NCBI GenBank assembly: GCA_963762145.1
Contig: CAVXJS010000012.1
Span: 1-19,919 of the forward strand
Reading direction: 5' to 3'
From: an uncultured Candidatus Rokubacteria bacterium
GTDB taxonomy: Bacteria; Methylomirabilota; Methylomirabilia; Rokubacteriales; CSP1-6
Length of the DNA stretch: 19,919 nt
The notes beneath the pieces are model-generated. The model did no database searches. It was given only the letters and a program-made list of their open reading frames with translations, and was not told the DNA's origin. Shown here in pieces: positions 12,188 through 18,848 of this stretch. A program made the position numbers and the translations under genes. The stretch's first letter is position 1. Each line of letters begins with the position of its first letter.

Positions 12188-13107
12188 GGCACCGCCACCT
12201 CCTCCGCGGTGACCTGGGTGATCAGCGCGTCCAGCTCGGCAAGCGTGCGGCCGGTCTTGGTCAGGAGCAGGAAGAACTCGCGGTTGCCCTTCGGCCCCTT
12301 GAGCGGGGAGGCGGTGACGCCGCGCACGTGCCAGCCGTGGAGCACCGCGAAGCGCGCGACCCGGGCGACCACCGCCCGGTGATGCGAGCTGTCGCGGACC
12401 ACGCCGCCCTTGCCCACCTGTCCCTTGCCGACCTCGAACTGCGGCTTCACGAGCACGACCGCCTCGCCCTTCGAGGTGAGCACGTTGAACACGGCGGGAG
12501 CACCTTCTCGAGCGAGATGAACGAGATGTCCACGGTGGCCAGATCGGGCGACTCGGGGAAAGAGTCGATCGGCAGGTTGCGCGCGTTGGTCTTCTCCATC
12601 ACCACCACCCGCGCCGTCGGCGCGCAGCTTCGCGTCGAGCTGGCCCTGCCCCACGTCGACCGCGTAGACCTTCACCGCGCCCTGCTCCAGCAGGCAATGG
12701 GTGAAGCCGCCGGTGGAGGCGCCCACGTCGATGGCGACGCGCCCGCGGGGCTCGATCGTGAAGGCGGCGAGCGCGTGCGCGAGCTTGTCGCCGCCCCGGC
12801 TCACGAAGCGCGGGCGCGCGCAGCCAGCTCGATGCGCGCGCCCGGGCGTCGACCAGCGCGCCCGGCCTTGTCCACCCGCTGCCCGTCCACCATCACGTCG
12901 CCGGCCAGGATCACCCGCGCCGCCTTCTCGCGCGATTCGAGCGAGTCCGCGCTCCACCAGCGCGATGTCCAGACGCACTTTTGTTTTGGCGCGCGTCTCG
13001 ACGCCTGCCCTCTCGGTCACGGCCACCGTCTTCCCGCGGGCATTCGCCGCGCTCTTCCGTGGAGGGACGGGCTTCGACAGGCCGCGCTTCTTTGGGGACC
13101 TCTTCAC
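12184..13107 (-). CDS. tlyA: TlyA-family rRNA (cytidine-2'-O)-methyltransferase with S4 domain; several compensating frameshifts
   Basis: RLDIALVERGL, FVSRGGDKL, DVGASTGGFT, AVDVGQGQL, VKPQFEVG and GPKGNREF are in the long frame. Conserved ESREKAARVILAGDVMVDGQRVDKAG and RVVVMEKTNAR...DISFISL lie in shifted frames. AAGGAG sits 5 nt before GTG 13107. Confidence 0.92.
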   Translation of the reverse strand: MKRSPKKRGLSKPVPPRKSAANARGKTVAVTERAGVETRAKTKVRLDIALVERGLARIAREGGAGDPGRRRDGGRAAGGQGRARWSTPGRAHRAGCARPRFVSRGGDKLAHALAAFTIEPRGRVAIDVGASTGGFTHCLLEQGAVKVYAVDVGQGQLDAKLRADGAGGGDGEDQRAQPADRLFPRVARSGHRGHLVHLAREGAPAVFNVLTSKGEAVVLVKPQFEVGKGQVGKGGVVRDSSHHRAVVARVARFAVLHGWHVRGVTASPLKGPKGNREFFLLLTKTGRTLAELDALITQVTAEEVAVP

Positions 13108-13220
13108 GCCGGCTCCTTTCTTGAGCCGCCCGCGCCTTCGGCCAGGAGATGGCGGGGCGGACGATCACAGAGCAAGACGGGGGACCGCTGCTGGTGAGGG
13201 AACGGCTCGACCGCGTTCAT
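13104..13220 (-). CDS. Possible 38-aa small upstream ORF (MNAVEPFPHQQRSPVLLCDRPPRHLLAEGAGGSRKEPA)
   Basis: TAGGAG lies 5 nt before ATG 13220, the stop overlaps the tlyA start as GTGA, and a TATAAT box is upstream. No homology recognised. Confidence 0.35.
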   Translation of the reverse strand: MNAVEPFPHQQRSPVLLCDRPPRHLLAEGAGGSRKEPA

Positions 13221-13234
13221 GCGGGCTCCTAAGC

Positions 13235-13274
13235 CCAAGAGATCTTGGCAGAAATCAGAACAGTAGCAATTATA
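13235..13274 (-). promoter_or_regulatory. Putative promoter (-10 TATAAT) with a downstream inverted repeat for the tlyA-nadK unit
   Basis: Perfect TATAAT on the minus strand at 13269-13274 within an AT-rich patch; CCAAGA-N2-TCTTGG dyad at 13235-13248. Confidence 0.5.
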
Positions 13275-13300
13275 TAGCCGAACCCCCTCCGGGGACGAAT

Positions 13301-14005
13301 TCAGCCGCCGCGGGCGCCGACCCGGGGTCGCAGCACGAAGAGCAGCCCCATGCCGGCCACGAAGCCACCGATGTGGGCAAAGAAGGCCACGCCTCCGCTG
13401 GCCCCGAAGCTGCCGAGCCCGGTGATCACCTGGACCACGATCCAGAAGCCCAGCACGATCACGGCGGGGATCTTCACCAGGCGGAAGAAGAAGCCCAGGA
13501 TGATCAGGGTGGTCACGTGGGCGTGCGGAAAGAGCAGCAGATAGGCGCCGAGGACCCCCGAGACCGCGCCGCTCGCCCCCACCATGGGCACCGGGGAGCC
13601 GGGGCCGATGGCGGTCTGGGCCAGGGCGGCGGCCACCCCCGAGGCCAGGTAGAAGATGAGATAGCGGGCGTGGCCCAGGGTGTCCTCGACGTTGTTGCCG
13701 AAGATCCACAGGTAGAGCATGTTGCCCGCGATGTGGAAGAGCCCTCCGTGCATGAACATCGAGCTGAAGATCGTCAGGACCGGCGACGGCAGGTCCAAGC
13801 CGCTCGGGCAGTCGCGGTCAAAGCCGGTGAGCCGGCAGGGCACCAGCCCGAACTCCTTGATGAAGGCCTCTCCGGCACGCGCGCCCTGCCCGTCTCCCAC
13901 CTCCAGCGAGAACTGGTAGAGGAAGACCAGCACGTTGGCCAGGATCAGGCCGGTGGTGACGATCGGGGTGCTGTGGGAGGGGTTGTCGTCCTTGAGGGGG
14001 AACAC
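13301..14005 (-). CDS. Rhomboid-family intramembrane serine protease
   Basis: MFPLKDDNP start, SMFMHGGLFHIAGNMLYLWIFGNNVED, catalytic VGASGAV (Ser) and AHIGGF (His), multiple TM segments. Confidence 0.95.
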   Translation of the reverse strand: MFPLKDDNPSHSTPIVTTGLILANVLVFLYQFSLEVGDGQGARAGEAFIKEFGLVPCRLTGFDRDCPSGLDLPSPVLTIFSSMFMHGGLFHIAGNMLYLWIFGNNVEDTLGHARYLIFYLASGVAAALAQTAIGPGSPVPMVGASGAVSGVLGAYLLLFPHAHVTTLIILGFFFRLVKIPAVIVLGFWIVVQVITGLGSFGASGGVAFFAHIGGFVAGMGLLFVLRPRVGARGG

Positions 14006-14011
14006 GGGCCG

Positions 14012-15313
14012 CTACGGGGCCCCGGGGCCGAGGGTCACCACGGTGGGCGTCCCCAGGTACGCCTGCGCGACCCGTTGCACGTCCTCGGCCGTCACCGCTT
14101 CGACCGCCCGTATGTACCGCTCGGCGAACCCGGGCCCGACCCCGAGCGCCTCGAAGAAGCCGTCGTACCAGGACAGCCGGGCGTTGGTTCGCCGATCCAG
14201 CGCGAACTGCCCGAGCAGGTAGCCCTTGGCGCGCGCGAGCTCGGACGGGCTCAGGGGCTCGCGACGGATGCGCTCGAGCTCCCCCAGCATCGCGGCCTCT
14301 GCCCGGGCCTGGTTGGCCGGCGCGGTGCCGAGCTGCGTGAAGAGGACGCCGGGCCCCTCGCGCGATGGATAGGCCGCGCCCGTCGAATAGGCCAGGCCCT
14401 GCTTGTCGCGCACCTCGGTGAAGAGCCGTCCGGCCATGCCGCCGCCGAGGGCGGTGGTCAGCACCTTGACCGCCGCGTAGTCGGCGTGAGACGTGGGCGG
14501 GGCGAGGAAGCCGCCCAGCACTTGCGCCTGGGCCGAGGCCCGCACGATCGCGGTGCGGTCCGCGCGGGCGGCGGCCGCGGGTAGCGTCGGCTCGGCCGCC
14601 GGGGGGCCGGTGGGAGCGTCGGCGAAGAGGCGGGCCGCTTCCGCCATCACCAGGCGCGGATCGACGTCGCCGCTCACGGCCAGGATCATGCGCGGGGCCT
14701 GGTAGAAGCGCCGGTGATGCGCGAGCAGACCGGCGCGATCGATGCGCTGCAGCGCGGCGGGCCGGCCCAGGATGGGACGGCCGTACGGGTGATCCCCGTA
14801 GACGCGGCTCATGAGCGTGTCCATGGCCAGCGAGAACGGCTGGTCCTGGCGGCTGCGGAGGGCGGTCAGGGTGGCCCGGCGCTCTCCGTCGATCTCGCTC
14901 ACGGGCAGCGAGGGCCGCAGCGCGACGTCGGCGATCAGCTCGAGCATCGTTCTCCAGTTTCGCGCGAGTGCGGTGGCGCGGATCTCGGAGTAATCGAGGT
15001 CGGCCGATGCACCGATGCCGCCGCCCAGGCTCTCCGCGGTCTCGGCGACCTCGAGCGCCGACCGCTTCTCGGTGCCCTTGAGGAGCACCTGCTGGAGCAG
15101 GTGGCTGATGCCCGCGTCGTCCTCGGTCTCCCAGCGCGAGCCCATCCGCACGATGAGCGAGGCGGCCACGACCGCGGTCGCGCTGTTCTCCCGCACCAGC
15201 ACGGTGAGGCCGCCGGGGAGCTGCTGGCGAACCGGTTGTGCCGTCGCGCTCCCCGTCCCGGCCCACGCGACGGCCGCGACCAGCGCGAGCGCGGCCGCGC
15301 GCCGCGGGCTCAC
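14012..15313 (-). CDS. M16 (pitrilysin/MPP-like) peptidase subunit, probably non-catalytic, with signal peptide
   Basis: GTG 15313 overlaps the upstream stop (GTGA). Signal-like RRAAALALVAAVAWAGTGSATA|Q; HLLQQ replaces HXXEH (GISHLLQQVLLKGT); C-terminal RLFTEVRDKQGLAY motif. Confidence 0.9.
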   Translation of the reverse strand: MSPRRAAALALVAAVAWAGTGSATAQPVRQQLPGGLTVLVRENSATAVVAASLIVRMGSRWETEDDAGISHLLQQVLLKGTEKRSALEVAETAESLGGGIGASADLDYSEIRATALARNWRTMLELIADVALRPSLPVSEIDGERRATLTALRSRQDQPFSLAMDTLMSRVYGDHPYGRPILGRPAALQRIDRAGLLAHHRRFYQAPRMILAVSGDVDPRLVMAEAARLFADAPTGPPAAEPTLPAAAARADRTAIVRASAQAQVLGGFLAPPTSHADYAAVKVLTTALGGGMAGRLFTEVRDKQGLAYSTGAAYPSREGPGVLFTQLGTAPANQARAEAAMLGELERIRREPLSPSELARAKGYLLGQFALDRRTNARLSWYDGFFEALGVGPGFAERYIRAVEAVTAEDVQRVAQAYLGTPTVVTLGPGAP

Positions 15314-16662
15314 TGCGCGCGCCCTCGGGGCACGAAAGCCAGCCGCGCGTAGGAATCGGTGAGGTAGCGGCGCGCCGCCTCCTGCACCTGAGCGCCCGTC
15401 ACCGCGCGCACCTGATCCAGGTAGGCGCGCTCTGCCTCCAGGCTCCAGGTCGTCTCGGCGCGGCCGTACGCGAGGGCCAGGCCTTCCACCGTCTCGCGCG
15501 AGAATTCCCGCTGGGCCTCGGAGGCGGTGATCGATCGGGCCAGTTCCTCCGACGTCACGCCGTCGGCCTGGATGCGCCGGATCTCGGCCAGGATGCCGCG
15601 CTCCACCGCCTCCTGGTCGCCGCTCTCGAGCTGGGCGGTGACGCCCACCGCCCCCGCTCCCTGGAGGGCGCCGTACCATCCGCTGATCCCGGATACGAGC
15701 CGCGCCTTTTCTCGCAGAGCCTGGTTGAGCCGCGAGCTGCGCGAGCCACCCAGGATGTGACTCAGCACGTCCACCGCGGGCATGTCGGGATGCCCGAGCG
15801 GCGGCGCCAGCCACGCGAGGCCGAGCTGCGTCTGTCGCTCCGGCCGCTCCACGGACCGGGTACGCACGCCGTCGAGGGGCGCCGGCGCCGGCAGCGCCTG
15901 CCGCGTGTAGGCGGCGCGCGGGATCGCGCCGAAGGCCGCGATCGCGGCGGCGCGGATCTCCACCGGGTCGACGGGCCCGACCACGACCAGCGTCATGTTC
16001 TCCGGCACGTAGTGCCGTTTGTAGTACCCGCGCAGGGTCGCCTGGGTGGCGCCCCGCAGGTCTCCCGCGTCCCCCAGGACGGAGCGCCCGTAGGGATGCC
16101 CCTCGTAGAGGAGCGCGTAGAGCTGGCGCCCCAGAGAGGAGCGCGGATTGTCCTCGTTCAGCCGCACTTCCTCGAAGACGACGTCGCGCTCCCGCGCCAG
16201 CTCGGTCGGATCGAACACCGAGTTGATCACCATGTCCGCCATCAGGGCGATCCCGGTCTTCGTGCGCGTCGCAGGCAGAAGGAGGTAGTAGAAGGTGTAG
16301 TCGTTGGAAGTCCCCGCGTTGGTGCGCCCGCCCACCGCCTCGACGTCGCTCTCGACGAACCCGCGCGGCCGCGTCTCGGTCCCCTTGAAGAGCATGTGCT
16401 CCGCGAAGTGCGAGAATCCGCGCTCGCCGACCGCCTCGTCGCGCCCGCCCACGCCGGCCCACAGATGAATCGCGACCGTCGCCGCGGCGCGATGCTCCTG
16501 GATGATGAGCCGCATGCCGTTCGGGAGCACTTCACGGATCGGCGCGGGCAGCCCACCACGTGACTCCGGCGGCGCCGGCGCCGTCACGCATCCACCGAGC
16601 GTACACAGGAGGAAGGCGATCGCGCAGACGCGTAGGACGCATCTGCCGATGGAGGGGGTCAT
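15310..16662 (-). CDS. M16 zinc peptidase, catalytic subunit, probable lipoprotein
   Basis: Intact inverted zinc motif HFAEHMLFKGT, GGRTNAGTSND, ERDVVFEEVR, SSRLNQALREK. The hydrophobic N-terminus ends in lipobox-like LGGC. Confidence 0.93.
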   Translation of the reverse strand: MTPSIGRCVLRVCAIAFLLCTLGGCVTAPAPPESRGGLPAPIREVLPNGMRLIIQEHRAAATVAIHLWAGVGGRDEAVGERGFSHFAEHMLFKGTETRPRGFVESDVEAVGGRTNAGTSNDYTFYYLLLPATRTKTGIALMADMVINSVFDPTELARERDVVFEEVRLNEDNPRSSLGRQLYALLYEGHPYGRSVLGDAGDLRGATQATLRGYYKRHYVPENMTLVVVGPVDPVEIRAAAIAAFGAIPRAAYTRQALPAPAPLDGVRTRSVERPERQTQLGLAWLAPPLGHPDMPAVDVLSHILGGSRSSRLNQALREKARLVSGISGWYGALQGAGAVGVTAQLESGDQEAVERGILAEIRRIQADGVTSEELARSITASEAQREFSRETVEGLALAYGRAETTWSLEAERAYLDQVRAVTGAQVQEAARRYLTDSYARLAFVPRGRAQ

Positions 16663-16671
16663 TGCGGCTAC

Positions 16672-16680
16672 ACGGTACCA
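16672..16680 (-). promoter_or_regulatory. Putative extended -10 promoter (TGgTACCGT) for the M16 operon
   Basis: Minus strand TG-G-TACCGT, 9 nt before ATG 16662; no Shine-Dalgarno. Confidence 0.35.
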
Positions 16681-16769
16681 GAGCCCAAGACAGTTTGCCG
16701 GTCATCTATCGAGGGCATGCCGGGCAGAACGCCCTCGTGCCGCCGTAATCCGAAGAGGCGTCAAGCCGA

Positions 16770-16782
16770 TAACATATTGATA
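16770..16782 (-). promoter_or_regulatory. IHF binding site
   Basis: Minus strand TATCAATATGTTA is an exact match to WATCAANNNNTTR. It lies in an AT-rich patch 30 bp upstream of a -24/-12 element. Confidence 0.7.
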
Positions 16783-16810
16783 ACTATGGATATTTATAGC
16801 CTGGAACCCT

Positions 16811-16828
16811 CTGGCATCGACGGTGCAT
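16811..16828 (+). promoter_or_regulatory. Sigma54 (RpoN) -24/-12 promoter of the repeat-protein gene
   Basis: CTGGCATCGACGGTGCAT has GG(16813-14)-N10-GC(16825-26), matching TGGCAC-N5-TTGCW; IHF site immediately upstream. Confidence 0.7.
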
Positions 16829-16927
16829 TCCATGAATGCGAGTTGGGGCCCCAGGGGGCCGGGAGAAGAAGCCAAGTAGGACGCGCAGTGGGCAAGTGAT
16901 CAGAAACGCAGTCAGAAAGGACGGAAA

Positions 16928-18028
16928 ATGAGAAAGGTTCTTGCAGCGACGATGAGTGTAGTGACGGTCTTCTCCCTCTCGGCTACGGTCGGGATGGCGC
17001 AGACCACGTCCTGCCCCGCCGAGGTGGCGACGGCAAAGGCGATGCTGGCGCAGCAGACCGCCAAGAGCCAGGACGTTCAGGCTCCCCGCTCGCTGGCGGG
17101 TGCCCGGACGCAGGACATCCAGGCGCCGCGCGGTCAGGACATCCAGGCCCCGCGTGGCCAGGACATTCAGGCCCCTCGTGGTCAGGACATCCAGGCTCCC
17201 CGCTCGCTGGCGGGTGCCCGGACGCAGGACATCCAGGCGCCGCGTGGTCAGGACATTCAGGCCCCGCGTGGTCAGGACATTCAGGCTCCTCGCGGTCAGG
17301 ACATCCAGGCTCCGCGTGGTCAGGACATCCAGGCTCCTCGCGGTCAGGACATCCAGGCGCCGCGTGGTCAGGACATTCAGGCTCCGCGTAGTCAGGACAT
17401 CCAGGCTCCTCGCTCAGGACATGCGGGCGCCCGTGGTCAGGACATCCAGGCGCCGCGTGGTCAGGACATTCAGGCTCCTCGTAGTCAGGACATCCAGGCT
17501 CCTCGCTCGCTAGCGGGTGCCCGGACCCAGGACATCCAGGCGCCGCGTGGTCAGGACATTCAGGCGCCGCGTGGTCAGGACATTCAGGCGCCGCGTGGTC
17601 AGGACATTCAGGCTCCGCGTGGTCAGGACATCCAGGCGCCGCGTGGTCAGGACATCCAGGCGCCGCGTGGTCAGGACATCCAGGCCCCGCGTGGTCAGGA
17701 CATCCAGGCGCCGCGTGGTCAGGACATCCAGGCGCCGCGTGGTCAGGACATTCAGGCCCCGCGTGGTCAGGACATCCAGGCGCCGCGTGGTCAGGACATC
17801 CAGGCTCCGCGTGGCCAGGACATTCAGGCCCCGCGTGGTCAGAACATCCAGGCTCCTCGCGCGCAGGACGTTCAGGCGCCGCGTGCCCAGGATGTGCAGC
17901 CTCCTCGCTCGGCTGACTTCAAGAAGGCTTCTGGTCTCGTGACCGAGGCCGAGGCGGCGTGCAAGGCTGGGAACTCGACGCTGGCGGCCGACAAGGCCAA
18001 GGCGGCGATGGAGCTGCTGAAGAAGTAG
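16928..18028 (+). CDS. Secreted hypothetical protein with 32 xQDIQAPR octapeptide repeats flanked by two Cys-containing helical segments
   Basis: AAAGGA Shine-Dalgarno before the ATG; Sec-type signal MRKVLAATMSVVTVFSLSATVGMA|Q. Repeat variation is mostly at third codon positions in this frame. Has its own promoter and terminator. Confidence 0.9.
   Translation: MRKVLAATMSVVTVFSLSATVGMAQTTSCPAEVATAKAMLAQQTAKSQDVQAPRSLAGARTQDIQAPRGQDIQAPRGQDIQAPRGQDIQAPRSLAGARTQDIQAPRGQDIQAPRGQDIQAPRGQDIQAPRGQDIQAPRGQDIQAPRGQDIQAPRSQDIQAPRSGHAGARGQDIQAPRGQDIQAPRSQDIQAPRSLAGARTQDIQAPRGQDIQAPRGQDIQAPRGQDIQAPRGQDIQAPRGQDIQAPRGQDIQAPRGQDIQAPRGQDIQAPRGQDIQAPRGQDIQAPRGQDIQAPRGQDIQAPRGQNIQAPRAQDVQAPRAQDVQPPRSADFKKASGLVTEAEAACKAGNSTLAADKAKAAMELLKK
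17066..17908 (+). repeat. Coding tandem repeat, 24-bp unit (GGTCAGGACATYCAGGCNCCNCGY) x32 with four 18-21 bp interruptions
   Basis: Read directly: blocks of 1, 4, 8, 3 and 16 units separated by SLAGAR, SLAGAR, SGHAGAR and SLAGAR. Confidence 0.97.
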
Positions 18029-18047
18029 CGATCCGACGAAGCAACCG

Positions 18048-18083
18048 CGGCCCCGGGGAATCACCCCGGGGCCGTTTCTCTTT
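18048..18083 (+). terminator. Intrinsic terminator of the repeat-protein gene, between convergent genes
   Basis: CGGCCCCGGGG-aatca-CCCCGGGGCCG is a perfect 11-bp stem followed by TTTCTCTTT, 20 nt after the stop. Confidence 0.9.
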
Positions 18084-18095
18084 GCGGCGACGCGG

Positions 18096-18848
18096 TCAGA
18101 CGAGACGGGCCCGCAGCCGGGACGACGCGAAATCCACCACCATGACCAACCCCACCAGTACCAGCAGCACGGTGGCCGCGGCGGGATAGTTCAAGAGCCG
18201 CAGGTACGTCTGGATGTAGAACCCGATGCCTCCCGCTCCCACGAAGCCGAGCACCGCCGCTGCGCGGATATTCGTCTCGAAGCGATACAGCGTGAAGGAC
18301 AGGAACTGCGGACCGAGCTGCGGCAGCACGCCCCAGCGAAGCACCTGCAGCGTGGTCGCCCCCGTTGCCCGCACCGCCTCCACCGGCCCCGGGTCGATGG
18401 CCTCGATGGCCTCCGAGTAGAGCTTGGCCAGCACGGTGGCGGTGTAGACCATCACCGCCAGCACGCCGGGGAACGGGCCGAGCCCGACCGCGGCCACGAA
18501 GAACAGAGCGTAGACCAGGGTGTCCACCGCGCGGAAGGCGTTGAGCAGGCTGCGCGCCCAGTAGAAGAGCCAGGTCGGCGCGGCGTTGCGAGCAGCCGCG
18601 AAGCCCATCGGCAGGGCGAGCACCGCCGCGATCGCGGTGCCGACCACCGCGATCTGGATGGTCTCCATCGCTCCGCGCAGGGCGTTGCCCAGCACCGAGA
18701 GATCGGGCGGGAGCATGCGGCGCAGGAAATCCCACATGAAGGGAAGACCCTCGATCAGGCGGCCGAGCGAGACTTCCGTCTCCACCGCCGACCAGACAAC
18801 GGCGCCCAGGATGATCACCCAGGCCGCCCGGCGGCTACCCCGGCTCAC
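18096..18848 (-). CDS. phnE: Phosphonate/phosphite ABC transporter permease
   Basis: ETIQIAVVGT, FVAAVGLGPFPGVLA, AKLYSEAIEAIDPGPVEAVRATGA (EAA loop) and YRFETNIRAAAVLGFVGAGGIG. GTG 18848 overlaps the phnC stop. Confidence 0.92.
   Translation of the reverse strand: MSRGSRRAAWVIILGAVVWSAVETEVSLGRLIEGLPFMWDFLRRMLPPDLSVLGNALRGAMETIQIAVVGTAIAAVLALPMGFAAARNAAPTWLFYWARSLLNAFRAVDTLVYALFFVAAVGLGPFPGVLAVMVYTATVLAKLYSEAIEAIDPGPVEAVRATGATTLQVLRWGVLPQLGPQFLSFTLYRFETNIRAAAVLGFVGAGGIGFYIQTYLRLLNYPAAATVLLVLVGLVMVVDFASSRLRARLV

Noticed and set aside
11329-13107. Genuine pseudogenes or programmed frameshifting in nadK and tlyA
   Set aside because: No slippery heptamers or nonsense codons were seen, motifs are intact, and the indels are clustered, so sequencing error is more parsimonious. 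This cannot be proven without reads.
15314-16462. 816-aa single M16 protein (track ORF 14012..16462)
   Set aside because: The first 383 codons are shadow overlap with the upstream M16 gene; the real protein begins at GTG 15313 with a signal peptide.
17066-17908. CRISPR array
   Set aside because: The 24-bp units are head-to-tail without unique spacers, vary at third codon positions, lie within an ORF with a signal peptide, and no cas genes are present.
17100-18064. Alternative-frame repeat ORFs (VVRTSRRR..., LDVLTTRR...)
   Set aside because: Shadow frames of the repeat: variation is non-synonymous in them and they lack the Shine-Dalgarno, signal peptide and promoter of the 16928 frame.
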